Part shown: in pieces, positions 17,710 through 26,626 of the stretch | Layout of the letters: the number at the start of each line of letters is the position of its first letter | Numbering within the stretch: position 1 is the first letter of the stretch | Origin: Clostridia bacterium | GTDB lineage: Bacteria > Bacillota > Clostridia > RGIG7378 | Reading direction: 5' to 3' | DNA length: 45,527 bases | NCBI GenBank assembly: GCA_017501105.1 | Contig: JAFVXO010000106.1 | Coordinates: 1-45,527, forward strand | Made by a program: the position numbers and the translations under genes | The notes under the pieces: model-generated | The model's database searches: none | What the model was told of the DNA's origin: nothing | The model's input: the letters and a program-made list of their open reading frames with translations, nothing else

Positions 17710-19071
17710 CTACAGGCCTAAAATAGGCAGCCAGCCCATCAGCACAACAACTTCCAAAACAAATTGAGCAGCAACCCACCACAGGTTATTTCTAAACGTT
17801 TTATCAAAATCCGATTCGGCCAAGGTCATGCCTGCATACATACCCAACCCCAGAGGTGGTGTAATGCCACACATAACGCCACAGATGCAAGGCAGCATAG
17901 CTGCTACAAGTAGTGGATTACATCCCACATTTGCCAGGGTAGTAATAAACATGGGGCCAAAGATAACAACCAGCGCAGATCCGGGAATTACCATACCCAT
18001 GAAACAAGTGATAGCACAGATAGCCGTAACAGTACCTAACTTGCCAAAGTTCCAGGCAGAAATAATCACGCCCATTTCGTCAGCCACATTCAACTCTCCA
18101 AACAATGCTCCAATCATGTAACCGAACACACACACTCCGATGGCAGGAGCGATGGTCTTAACACTATCCGCAAACATCTTTGCAATAGAGGAAATAGAAA
18201 CCTTGGACTTGTCCTTTGTGATCAAGCAGGCATAAATTGATGCTAAGCCGCCTATAAAAAGCAGAATGGAGCTGGACAAATTCTTGGCACCGGCCTCTCC
18301 CAACCGGGCGGTAAAGAAGGTGCTCTTGAAGAAATAATCCAGAACAAAGGGAAGCAGAATAATTACCGGCAGTAACAAGCCCTGCCAACCAGCCTTAAAA
18401 GTTGTCTTAAAATCAGGCATTTCTTCCTTGGACATGGGCTTGACCTTGTAATACTTACAGAATGACCAGACCATCAATATACGCTGGACTATAAACCAAA
18501 TCGCTATGCCCCAGAGCACGATCCAAAACTGTCCTGTAGTTAAATTAAGTCCGGGATACAGAGCGGTAAAAGCGCCCATTGCTGCAACAATATTAGATGA
18601 AGGAGGAATCATATTGCCCATATAACTGGCATTGCTCTCTATATTGGCTGCAAGATGTGCAGGAAAACCGGAGCGCTTCATGGCAGGGATTGTAATTGAA
18701 CCCGTAGCCATAACGTTTCCGGGGCCGGATCCAGACAGCGCCCCCATAAATGAGCTGCCTATAACTGCTGCATAACCTGCACCCCCAGCAACTCTTCCAA
18801 TCAGAGAAAGAATAACAGCAATACAGCTATCAATTATTTTTGTTTTTGTGAGAATAATGGACATGGCAACAAAAGCAACCATGGAGTACAGTAGCGAAGT
18901 AGACAGCGCCTCTTCAACATATACCCATACATTTCCCCAGGTACCGGTAATGGTCAACAGCAATATAAAACTGATGAAAACTGCCTCATATACAGGCCTC
19001 TTCAGTACGACAAACCACAGAATGATCACCGCGAGCATGACACCCAAATATATAATTGAGGATGGAATCAT
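17710..19071 (-). CDS. TRAP-type large permease (DctM-like)
   Basis: GGAGYAAVIGSSFMGALSGSGPGNVMATGSITIPAMKRSGF resembles the DctM signature, and the protein has 12 or more TM segments. I moved the start to ATG 19071 (MIPSSI), which has AAGGAG 7 nt upstream. The ATG at 19095 has no properly spaced RBS. Confidence 0.65.
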   Translation of the reverse strand: MIPSSIIYLGVMLAVIILWFVVLKRPVYEAVFISFILLLTITGTWGNVWVYVEEALSTSLLYSMVAFVAMSIILTKTKIIDSCIAVILSLIGRVAGGAGYAAVIGSSFMGALSGSGPGNVMATGSITIPAMKRSGFPAHLAANIESNASYMGNMIPPSSNIVAAMGAFTALYPGLNLTTGQFWIVLWGIAIWFIVQRILMVWSFCKYYKVKPMSKEEMPDFKTTFKAGWQGLLLPVIILLPFVLDYFFKSTFFTARLGEAGAKNLSSSILLFIGGLASIYACLITKDKSKVSISSIAKMFADSVKTIAPAIGVCVFGYMIGALFGELNVADEMGVIISAWNFGKLGTVTAICAITCFMGMVIPGSALVVIFGPMFITTLANVGCNPLLVAAMLPCICGVMCGITPPLGLGMYAGMTLAESDFDKTFRNNLWWVAAQFVLEVVVLMGWLPILGL

Positions 19072-19086
19072 ATGTTTGCTCCTTGT

Positions 19087-19129
19087 ATATTCCATAAAGG
19101 TTATGGATATTATTTCCTATATGGAATAT
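19087..19129. promoter_or_regulatory. Candidate LysR-type operator array in the divergent intergenic region
   Basis: ATATTCCATA (19087-19096) is the exact reverse complement of TATGGAATAT (19120-19129). A third near-copy, TATGGATATT, lies at 19102-19111. TTCCATAAAGGTTATGGA forms a T-N11-A-style dyad. Confidence 0.45.
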
Positions 19130-19261
19130 TCTAGCAAACTGATAGTAATTGGTCAATAGACAACCTGCTTAATGTTTTCTTGATTTTTGCCTTTTCAACA
19201 AGTATTCTAATAGGTGTTATTCCATTTTGGTTATAGCGGTTCGCATAGGAGGTATCTTCAA

Positions 19262-20164
19262 ATGAATTCACGCCAATTACAGTATGCCATTGCACTTTCT
19301 GAGCTCCGAAACTTCTCCCAGGTTGCAGAGAAATTGAATATTTCTCAGCCCGCGTTGAGCAAGCAGATACTGAGTCTCGAAAACGAACTTGGCTTAAAAT
19401 TATTCGACCGCGCAACCACTCCTCTGACCATAACCCCCGCAGGGCAGCATTTTATTCGTCAGGCCCAGGATCTCCTTTTCAAGGAAGACCAGTTACTGCG
19501 CACCATGGAGCAGTTCAAATCCGGAGATGCGGGGCAGCTGGTTATCGGTGTGACTCCTTTTCGCAGCTCCTATATGATTTCAGATATGGTAAAGAAGTTC
19601 CGTCAGGCCTACCCACATGTTCAAATTAAGCTTCAAGAAACAGGCAGCGATTTGTTGAGAAAGGAGGCTGCTGAGGGCAAGTATGATTTTGCCGTTGTAA
19701 ACCTTCCCGTAGATGAATCCACCTTGGATGTTATTCCTCTTGAACCCGACAGATTGTCTCTAGTAATTCCGCTGGAGCATAGGCATCTGATATCTTTAGA
19801 ACCCGATTGCAAGGAGATCGATTTCGGTCTCTCTAGGGACTTACCCTTCGTTGTGGTACACCAGGGCCAGGAAATGCGCAGTTTATTTGATAAGTTATGT
19901 ACACTAAACGACTTCTACCCCCATATTGTTGCTGAAGTTGTCAGTCTCACAACTGCCTGGTCCATGGCAAATGCCGGCGTTGCCGCCACCCTTTTGCCCC
20001 TACAATATGTTAATTGCAATCAAATTGGAGACGGACTAACCGTAGTTGGCATAAAAAACACAATATATACTCGCCAGCCAGCCATAATAACCCGAAAGGG
20101 ACAATACATCTCCCCTTATGCCCGTTACGCCATAGATTTGTTAACAGGTTGTTCTGCTAAGTAG
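19262..20164 (+). CDS. LysR-family transcriptional regulator
   Basis: MNSRQLQYAIALSELRNFSQVAEKLNISQPALSKQI is a LysR HTH, followed by a substrate-binding domain. I moved the start to ATG 19262 because AGGAGG lies 9-10 nt upstream. Confidence 0.9.
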   Translation: MNSRQLQYAIALSELRNFSQVAEKLNISQPALSKQILSLENELGLKLFDRATTPLTITPAGQHFIRQAQDLLFKEDQLLRTMEQFKSGDAGQLVIGVTPFRSSYMISDMVKKFRQAYPHVQIKLQETGSDLLRKEAAEGKYDFAVVNLPVDESTLDVIPLEPDRLSLVIPLEHRHLISLEPDCKEIDFGLSRDLPFVVVHQGQEMRSLFDKLCTLNDFYPHIVAEVVSLTTAWSMANAGVAATLLPLQYVNCNQIGDGLTVVGIKNTIYTRQPAIITRKGQYISPYARYAIDLLTGCSAK

Positions 20165-20168
20165 ACTA

Positions 20169-20193
20169 AACGCCACCTAATCCAGGTGGCGTT
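20169..20193. terminator. Hairpin between convergent genes (weak U-tract)
   Basis: AACGCCACC-taatcca-GGTGGCGTT forms a 9-bp stem. On the plus strand it is followed by CTCACTTTAATATTT. Confidence 0.45.
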
Positions 20194-20232
20194 CTCACTT
20201 TAATATTTATCCGGTTCGTTATACAGCACAGA

Positions 20233-21171
20233 CTATTCCTCAAAAATAGTTTTGATAAGTTCCGCGAAGTCATCACCCGAGCGAGGAGTATATCTTTTGA
20301 CCAGAATATCTGCAGGCTCCTCTCCCTTCTTAAAAGGGTTATAGTTTGTGGTATGCACACTTTCTCCGCAGTAGCGGAATGTGCTATCACTATTACCGCA
20401 AAACAGCAGCTCATACCCCAGGTCATCACGCAAAACGGGAATTGAAGGCATGGACACCGCATAGAATGGATACACAAAGAATCTGGGGGTATAACCAACA
20501 ACTGATTGGATCTTCTGATTCAGAGGTTCCATATCATTAATGAGAACTTTCCTATATGTTTTGGTGCCCTCATCAGACATCTGCATTGTTCCGGTACGGC
20601 CACCCTCTCGATCGTGCAGATAGTATGTATGGGAACCAAACTCCACAACATTTGACGCGGCCATTTCCTTAATCTGGTCCCAGGAACAGTAATACTCCCT
20701 GTATGCATTTCCCTCCTGAGCACCATCAGAGCGATTCCCGATAATCGCTGCATTAATCTTCATATTGTACTCCCGGAGCAACGGGTATGCATATTTATAA
20801 AAGCTGATATCACAGTCGTCCAATGTAAGCAGCATACACTTCTCCGGCAAACTTATTTTTCCGTCAATGTAGTCCAGCAGCTCAGAAACTGTAATAACGC
20901 GAATATCATTTTCTTCCAGATATTTAAGATGGTTCTCGAACTCCTCAACCCATATTGTGTATGTTGAGAACTCTATGCCGTCTTCCGCCTCAGCCTGTGT
21001 ATAGAATTTGTGATAGCATATAGCTCCAACCTTGATCTCGTCATCCTTCACAGCAAAAATCACAGAGGATACCAGAACAATGACAAGTCCTAATCCTACC
21101 AGTAACGTCCATAGTTTTTCAGAAAATTCATTCCTAATCTTTTTATCCGTTTTTGACATTTTTAAACCCAT
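20233..21171 (-). CDS. Membrane-anchored polysaccharide deacetylase family protein
   Basis: The 312-aa ORF has an N-terminal TM, LLTLDDCDISFY (NodB-like DD motif) and FGSHTYYLH. Confidence 0.7.
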   Translation of the reverse strand: MGLKMSKTDKKIRNEFSEKLWTLLVGLGLVIVLVSSVIFAVKDDEIKVGAICYHKFYTQAEAEDGIEFSTYTIWVEEFENHLKYLEENDIRVITVSELLDYIDGKISLPEKCMLLTLDDCDISFYKYAYPLLREYNMKINAAIIGNRSDGAQEGNAYREYYCSWDQIKEMAASNVVEFGSHTYYLHDREGGRTGTMQMSDEGTKTYRKVLINDMEPLNQKIQSVVGYTPRFFVYPFYAVSMPSIPVLRDDLGYELLFCGNSDSTFRYCGESVHTTNYNPFKKGEEPADILVKRYTPRSGDDFAELIKTIFEE

Positions 21172-21188
21172 ATTTTCCTGTCTGATGA

Positions 21189-22637
21189 TTATGCATTGGC
21201 CTTTTTACTGCGCAGTTTTGTCTTCACAAACTTGATGATTACATGTCTATACTTGAACAGCACGACAAGGAATGCAGCTGCAAATGCTCCTATTACGCTG
21301 TAGCGAATTACCGTATGTTCGTACACAAAGAAGCTCATAACTACAACAATCGCGCATGCCAGAATCACGGCCATAACAGCTTTTATGTTAATAAACTTGC
21401 CGTATCCTGCCCTTTTCACCAGTACATAGTTGACTGCAAACAACATAGCAAATCCAATTGCGTTGATCCAAGGGAGCACGTCATATCCCATAGTTGGAAG
21501 CATAAGAATCTTGGCAGCAATGCTTACCACCGCAATTACACCAGTATAGATTGCCGTCTTTACCAAATTCTTGTCATAGGTCAAGATAATGTTGAAGACC
21601 GATGCAACCGACTGGAATACTATTCCCAAAACCAGTCCAGGAATCAACACTGTTGCTGCCATATACTGCTTGCCTCCCAGTATCCACACAATCTCGGGAG
21701 CCAACAATATAGTTCCAATTGCCACGACAGACACACCAGTAGTGTACAACAAAATACCCTTCCTGACTATGCTATGATTGTTCTGATTGAGGTTGTCCAT
21801 CAACCAGGTGGTTACTGCACCTGACAGGGCCTGGAATAAAACTGTCAAAATGTGAATTGTAGATGTAGTAATACTTACAAGCGCAGCAGCCTCTGCACTC
21901 AACATACTCTTGGTGACCATGGTGTTGGAAGATGTCAACAAGCTAACTGTCAGGTAATGCACCAGCAGCGGCATAGACAGCTTCAATGCATATTTAACAT
22001 GCTCAGTGCGGAAACTGCGTCCCTTTAGCAACATGCTGCCGGCACAAGCAAGTCCAATGAGCGACATGGGTATATATGTACCATAGATACGGGCATCCAA
22101 CCTCTGCTCCATTGGGAGCCACAATACCAACGCCAGAGCAATCAAAGTTGGCAGCACCAAGTTTAGCATGGAGACAACAGCCACAGACTTGTAGCGATAG
22201 AGCGTCCTCTCCCGAGCCAGCCATACTGCTTTGCAAGACTGAAATGCAAGCGTAAAAAAGAGCATATGCACCAGCTGGGGAGGAATGGCCACAACTGTGA
22301 ATATCCACGGCCGACACAACAAGAACAGCCCATACATGCCAACTGTGAGCAGGAAGCTAGTGATTGTAACAGAAGAAACGTATTTATCATAGTCCTCTGT
22401 ATAGTCGTAGTATGCTCTACTCAGGGTGTTGTATAATTCTGCACCGGTAATAATCAGCAGAGTTGTTTGCCAGCTGGCATAATTGGAGAACTCGCCATAA
22501 TGCTCCGGTGTCATCAATCGGGTGAAAATCGGAGTAGTAATGAAAGATATGGCTTTAACCAGGAAATTGCTTACAACATACCAGAAACCGGCCTTCAAGG
22601 CCAGGCTGGTACTTCCTCTTTGAATCTTATCAGACAC
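21189..22637 (-). CDS. Polysaccharide flippase (Wzx / MOP superfamily)
   Basis: The 482-aa ORF has about 12-14 TM segments and an N-terminus (GFWYVVSNFLVKAISFITTPIFTRLMTPEHYGEF) typical of oligosaccharide flippases. It starts at GTG with a GAGGGGAAG RBS. Confidence 0.75.
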   Translation of the reverse strand: MSDKIQRGSTSLALKAGFWYVVSNFLVKAISFITTPIFTRLMTPEHYGEFSNYASWQTTLLIITGAELYNTLSRAYYDYTEDYDKYVSSVTITSFLLTVGMYGLFLLCRPWIFTVVAIPPQLVHMLFFTLAFQSCKAVWLARERTLYRYKSVAVVSMLNLVLPTLIALALVLWLPMEQRLDARIYGTYIPMSLIGLACAGSMLLKGRSFRTEHVKYALKLSMPLLVHYLTVSLLTSSNTMVTKSMLSAEAAALVSITTSTIHILTVLFQALSGAVTTWLMDNLNQNNHSIVRKGILLYTTGVSVVAIGTILLAPEIVWILGGKQYMAATVLIPGLVLGIVFQSVASVFNIILTYDKNLVKTAIYTGVIAVVSIAAKILMLPTMGYDVLPWINAIGFAMLFAVNYVLVKRAGYGKFINIKAVMAVILACAIVVVMSFFVYEHTVIRYSVIGAFAAAFLVVLFKYRHVIIKFVKTKLRSKKANA

Positions 22638-22655
22638 TTAAATCTTCCCCTCTGC

Positions 22656-22745
22656 CCCTGGGAACGCTTCGTACATACTCCTATTTCACAAGGCCATCCG
22701 ATGTATTTGCAAATCTCATTTCGAAAATGTACGCATCTCCCAGGG
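22656..22745 (-). other. Nested-helix structured spacer between the polymerase-like and flippase genes
   Basis: On the plus strand, the outer pair is CCCTGGGA (22656-22663) with TCCCAGGG (22738-22745). The inner pair is CGTACAT (22670-22676) with ATGTACG (22727-22733). Both pairs are perfect. Confidence 0.3.
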
Positions 22746-22771
22746 ATTTAAAATTCATAAAATGTTAATGG

Positions 22772-24031
22772 TTATTTAGCTCCACGTATCCATGGCACCT
22801 TCGAGACATTATGTCCCTCCTTCAGTAGCAGCACATAGAACAACATAAAGAATGTACCGTGAGTATGGGCGCTAAAGAAGGACACAATCAGCAGAATAAC
22901 CGTAAGCCAAAAATACGGCATATTCAGTTTGAATAAACCCTTGACATATATCTCATAGGACAACAACACTCCGATAATACCATACTTGTAAACCGTTGCC
23001 ATAAAGCCAGGCATATTAAAGCTCAAATGAGTTGTTGTGTCGGCAATACCCACAATCCACTGGCCAAAAGACATCTTCTTCAGAGCACTGAGGGCCAGCT
23101 TGGTTCGTCCGCTAAGGGCCGTAGAACCCTCGGGATTATTGAAGATGCGGACTATACTTTCCCTCACAAATGGCACAAAGGCAAAGGTCAGGACAACGAC
23201 TACCAGGAAACAACCAATGAAGATTAAATTGCGCCTACGGAATATGTTTCTTAGATGGAACGCCCCCTCTTCATCGTCTCTCAGTGCAAAGTACAGTCCC
23301 CATGCACCCACTGCCACAGCTATACCCATGCCGGACGTGGAAAGAATCAAACCTATAGAAATCAGAATGGCAAAAATTCTGTTGTACTTGCCTCCCTCTG
23401 GACTAAACAACGTGATAAATAGGCTGGGGCAAGCATACAAGAAAAAGTGGGAAGGTTCCAAGAAGAAGGCAGAGGGTCTGTAAATCCTGCTTACCTTGCC
23501 CGTAACATCTATAGTGCCGGTCTGTGCTCCCGGAATCCAGGAAGAGGACTCAGGCAACAACGCAGATGTGGGAACCAACTGCAAATGAAAGCCAAGGATG
23601 TAGTAGCAGAAATACTGAATAATCAAGCAGGCGCTAGCCATAACAGCAATACATATTGCCGCCCTCTTAAGTGCATCAGTATCAATGCAGGATTGGCATG
23701 CGCATACCATGAAAAATGTCATCAGCACAACCTGTGCCACTTCGGTGAAATAGGTTCCGTGATCAATCATCTTGTAGATAAAGAACACAATCAGAACCAG
23801 AACAAAGTTTAGGTTTGAAAAACGAAACGAACTCAGTGTGGACAGCAGGCGAATACCCAGGTATGGCAGCAGCAACACTAAAATAGTAGTACTACCACAA
23901 TCAACAATACCCATGTAATGCTGAAAAATCGGAACAAAAGCCAGCATCACAGCCACGATGACGTCGCCAATATATTTTTTAGAATCAACATAGGCCACTA
24001 TCTTGTTTCCTACGGAAAGCAATCGATTCAT
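22772..24031 (-). CDS. O-antigen polymerase/ligase-like (Wzy-type) polytopic membrane protein
   Basis: The ORF is roughly 420 aa with 10 or more TM segments and sits in a flippase/deacetylase context. I moved the start to ATG 24031 (MNRLLSV), which has AGGAG 7 nt upstream. The family assignment rests on topology and context only. Confidence 0.5.
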   Translation of the reverse strand: MNRLLSVGNKIVAYVDSKKYIGDVIVAVMLAFVPIFQHYMGIVDCGSTTILVLLLPYLGIRLLSTLSSFRFSNLNFVLVLIVFFIYKMIDHGTYFTEVAQVVLMTFFMVCACQSCIDTDALKRAAICIAVMASACLIIQYFCYYILGFHLQLVPTSALLPESSSWIPGAQTGTIDVTGKVSRIYRPSAFFLEPSHFFLYACPSLFITLFSPEGGKYNRIFAILISIGLILSTSGMGIAVAVGAWGLYFALRDDEEGAFHLRNIFRRRNLIFIGCFLVVVVLTFAFVPFVRESIVRIFNNPEGSTALSGRTKLALSALKKMSFGQWIVGIADTTTHLSFNMPGFMATVYKYGIIGVLLSYEIYVKGLFKLNMPYFWLTVILLIVSFFSAHTHGTFFMLFYVLLLKEGHNVSKVPWIRGAK

Positions 24032-24191
24032 TATCCATCTCCTAATCACGAAAGGTGGTCATGCTTCAATAGTCATGAAAATTATATACTTTATGTAATT
24101 GTATATCTCCGTCCAACTAAAATCAACTCCACAAAACGTCAAAATCCGACCGCAAAATTCACCGGTTTTTGTTGCGGTATTTATTATAGGG

Positions 24192-24947
24192 ATGTACACT
24201 GCACATATGATAAATATAACTACTCACTATTTTGATAAGGTTACTTCCACCAACGACCTGCTGAAGGAGGCCGCTCTACAAGGGTTCCCCTGCGGCACGC
24301 TGTACGTGGCAGGCAGTCAGGAGGCTGGCCGTGGACGCATGGGCAGGAGCTTCTATTCTCCTCAAAACACCGGTCTCTATATGTCCCTGCTATTGCACCG
24401 GAACCAAATCCCCTATGATATCCGCCTGCTTACAGCTCAGACTGCGGTTGCCTTGGCCATCACACTTGATCGCAGGTTTGGAGTAGATACCGACATCAAG
24501 TGGGTAAATGACATATACCTCGATGGGCGCAAAGTGGCAGGTATACTCTGTGAGGGCGTATTTGGATCCACAGGTCACTGTGCAATAATCGGCATCGGGG
24601 TCAACATCAACACGGTCCTATGGCCTCCTGAGATTCAGGGCCGAGCCGGCTCCCTCGGAACAACCCTGTTCACCACAGAGGACAAGATACATCTGGCCCA
24701 ACAAATATGCGATTGCATATTAGAAACGGTATCAAACGCCAACAGCAACTGGCTGGACCAATACCGCAGCCGCTCTATATTGACTGGGCAGACTGTGGAC
24801 GTATACCCTGTTGCAGATGGCAGCGTTGCTTTCTCTGCTCAGGTCAAAGGCATCGACCAAGAGGCAAATTTGGTAGTCGTAGATTCCCTTGGACAGGAAA
24901 TTCACCTCTTTTCCGGAGAGGTCAGCGTCAGACCACAGAGCAAATAA
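24192..24947 (+). CDS. birA: Biotin--[acetyl-CoA-carboxylase] ligase, group I (no HTH)
   Basis: The sequence has FDKVTSTNDLLKE, QEAGRGRMGRSFYSP (GRGRxGR motif) and KWVNDIYLDGRKVAGIL. The start is uncertain (ATG 24192 or 24207) because neither has a good RBS. Confidence 0.8.
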   Translation: MYTAHMINITTHYFDKVTSTNDLLKEAALQGFPCGTLYVAGSQEAGRGRMGRSFYSPQNTGLYMSLLLHRNQIPYDIRLLTAQTAVALAITLDRRFGVDTDIKWVNDIYLDGRKVAGILCEGVFGSTGHCAIIGIGVNINTVLWPPEIQGRAGSLGTTLFTTEDKIHLAQQICDCILETVSNANSNWLDQYRSRSILTGQTVDVYPVADGSVAFSAQVKGIDQEANLVVVDSLGQEIHLFSGEVSVRPQSK

Positions 24948-24991
24948 ATATTTTGCTGGGTTCTCACTTAGAAATCCGTTTATTTTCTATG

Positions 24992-25018
24992 TTCATATAC
25001 ATTTTTATGTGCTATATT
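24992..25018 (+). promoter_or_regulatory. Candidate sigma-A promoter for mgtE (extended -10)
   Basis: A TGC-TATATT extended -10 lies at 25010-25018, and TTCATA lies at 24992-24997. The spacer is short, at 15 nt. Confidence 0.4.
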
Positions 25019-25025
25019 AAGGAAA

Positions 25026-25238
25026 CAAAAAACTGATAGGAGGTTTCATCTTGGACGTTAGCGATGGCAGTCGATGGCACTGCATTTATTACAAGAGCAA
25101 TATCGCGATTCCGGATAGGATCTCCACAGATTTTCTCTGTAGCATCTGCATCTGATCAGGCCCTGGCCAACAGGCCTGCACCATGCACTTGCTATTCCCT
25201 TTCCTTCCGTTTTGTCGATATTGTGGAAAGGAAACACC
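25026..25238 (+). promoter_or_regulatory. Long structured 5' leader of mgtE; possible Mg-responsive element, class unresolved
   Basis: The leader is about 210 nt. CCTTTCC (25198-25204) can pair with GGAAAGG (25225-25231), which is the mgtE SD. GAUAGGAGGUUUC near the 5' end only loosely resembles the M-box 5' motif GUUAGGUGAGGCU. I could not find the M-box 3' CUAAAGC motif. Confidence 0.35.
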
Positions 25239-26615
25239 ATGGATCATCAAATTTTCGAAGAACTGGAGCTGTTACTTAAAGAGAACCGCTTTAATTCCCT
25301 GCGCTCGGAGCTCATAGAACTCAACGAGGTAGATATCGCTGACTTTATAACACAGCTTGACAAGGACCAGACACTGCTGGTTTTCCGCATTCTACCCAAG
25401 ACTCTGGCTGCAGAGGTTTTTGCATACCTTGACACCGATTTACAACAGCACATTGTTATCTCCATTACCGACCGAGAGCTTACTTCTCTGGTTGACGAAC
25501 TGTACATCGACGATACTGTTGATTTTCTGGAAGAGGTGCCGGCTAACATCGTTCGTCGAGTTATGGCAGTTACCGATAGAGAAACCAGGGAGACCATCAA
25601 CAAGTTCCTGAAGTACGAGGAGAACTCCGCCGGCAGCATTATGACCAGCGAAATGGTGGAGATTCATTCGGAATACACTGTGGAGCAGGCCATCACACAG
25701 ATTCGCAGAACCGGTGTGGATAAGGAAACCGTATACACCTGTTACTGCATCGACAAGCAGCGCCATCTGGTTGGTACTGTTGGTCTGAGGGACATTATTT
25801 TTGCCAGCCCCGACATGCTGATTGAGGAAATTATGGAATCTGAGGATGCCATTGTCTCCGTCTCCACCTCCGATGACCAGGAATACGTTGCAGATCTGGC
25901 CCGTAAATACGACTTGCTGTCAATTCCCGTTGTGGACAGCGAAAACCGACTGGTTGGTATCGTCACTATCGACGATATCGTCGATATTATTGAAGAAGAA
26001 AACACCGAGGACTTCGAGAAGATGGCTCTGTTGGCCCCTTCCGAGGATACGTATCTCAAGACTCCGGTTATTACATTGGCCAAGAACCGTATTGTCTGGT
26101 TGATGGTTCTGATGATTTCTGCCACATTTACCGGCATGATTATCGAGGGATTTGAAAGCAAATTGGCCCTGATTGCAGGTCTGACTGCCAGCATCCCAAT
26201 GCTGATGGACACCGGCGGAAACTCAGGCAACCAGGTCAGCACTCTGATTATCCGTGGTCTTGCCCTGGGCGAAATTTCTCTCAGCGATTACTTTAAGGTG
26301 TTGTGGAAGGAACTGCGGGTTGCACTTATCTGCGGCGTGTCTCTGGCATCAGTTAACTTCATTAGAATGTACGTTATGGGACTCATTACCGGTAGCCATT
26401 CAGAACCCCAGCAGTACATGATCTACCTGGTTGTTTGCCTGGCCATGTTAGCTGCGGTTATTGTGGCAAAGCTAATAGGCTGCTCCCTGCCCATGCTGGC
26501 CAAACGCCTAAAGTTGGACCCCGCCCTGATGGCAGGACCCATGATCACTACTATTGTGGACGCTATGGCCCTGCTCATTTACTTTGGCCTGGCCACTCTC
26601 CTGCTGACATTTTAG
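25239..26615 (+). CDS. mgtE: Magnesium transporter MgtE
   Basis: The protein has an N-domain, tandem CBS domains, and a TM domain with PMLMDTGGNSGNQ. I moved the start to ATG 25239 (MDHQIFEE), which has a GGAAAGGAAA RBS. Confidence 0.93.
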   Translation: MDHQIFEELELLLKENRFNSLRSELIELNEVDIADFITQLDKDQTLLVFRILPKTLAAEVFAYLDTDLQQHIVISITDRELTSLVDELYIDDTVDFLEEVPANIVRRVMAVTDRETRETINKFLKYEENSAGSIMTSEMVEIHSEYTVEQAITQIRRTGVDKETVYTCYCIDKQRHLVGTVGLRDIIFASPDMLIEEIMESEDAIVSVSTSDDQEYVADLARKYDLLSIPVVDSENRLVGIVTIDDIVDIIEEENTEDFEKMALLAPSEDTYLKTPVITLAKNRIVWLMVLMISATFTGMIIEGFESKLALIAGLTASIPMLMDTGGNSGNQVSTLIIRGLALGEISLSDYFKVLWKELRVALICGVSLASVNFIRMYVMGLITGSHSEPQQYMIYLVVCLAMLAAVIVAKLIGCSLPMLAKRLKLDPALMAGPMITTIVDAMALLIYFGLATLLLTF

Positions 26616-26626
26616 TTAACAGCCGT

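Noticed and set aside
19131-19415. A 94-aa minus-strand ORF in the LysR / DctM-like divergent region.
   Set aside because: It overlaps the LysR HTH coding region in antisense. It has no RBS and no recognisable features.
20233-24031. The deacetylase / flippase / polymerase-like trio as a novel system.
   Set aside because: The composition is standard for a fragment of a cell-surface polysaccharide locus. Only the structured spacer at 22656-22745 seemed worth flagging.
24140-24180. The ACCGCAA...TTGCGGT inverted repeat upstream of birA as a BirA (bio) operator.
   Set aside because: This BirA lacks the N-terminal HTH (group I), so autoregulation at an operator is not expected. The stem is short with a 16-nt loop. 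I cannot support any function for it.
25064-25279. A 71-aa plus-strand ORF overlapping the mgtE start, and the 60-aa minus-strand ORF at 25058-25240.
   Set aside because: There is no properly spaced RBS: the AGGAGG lies 20 nt upstream of that ATG. The ORF runs out of frame into mgtE. The region is better explained as a structured leader.
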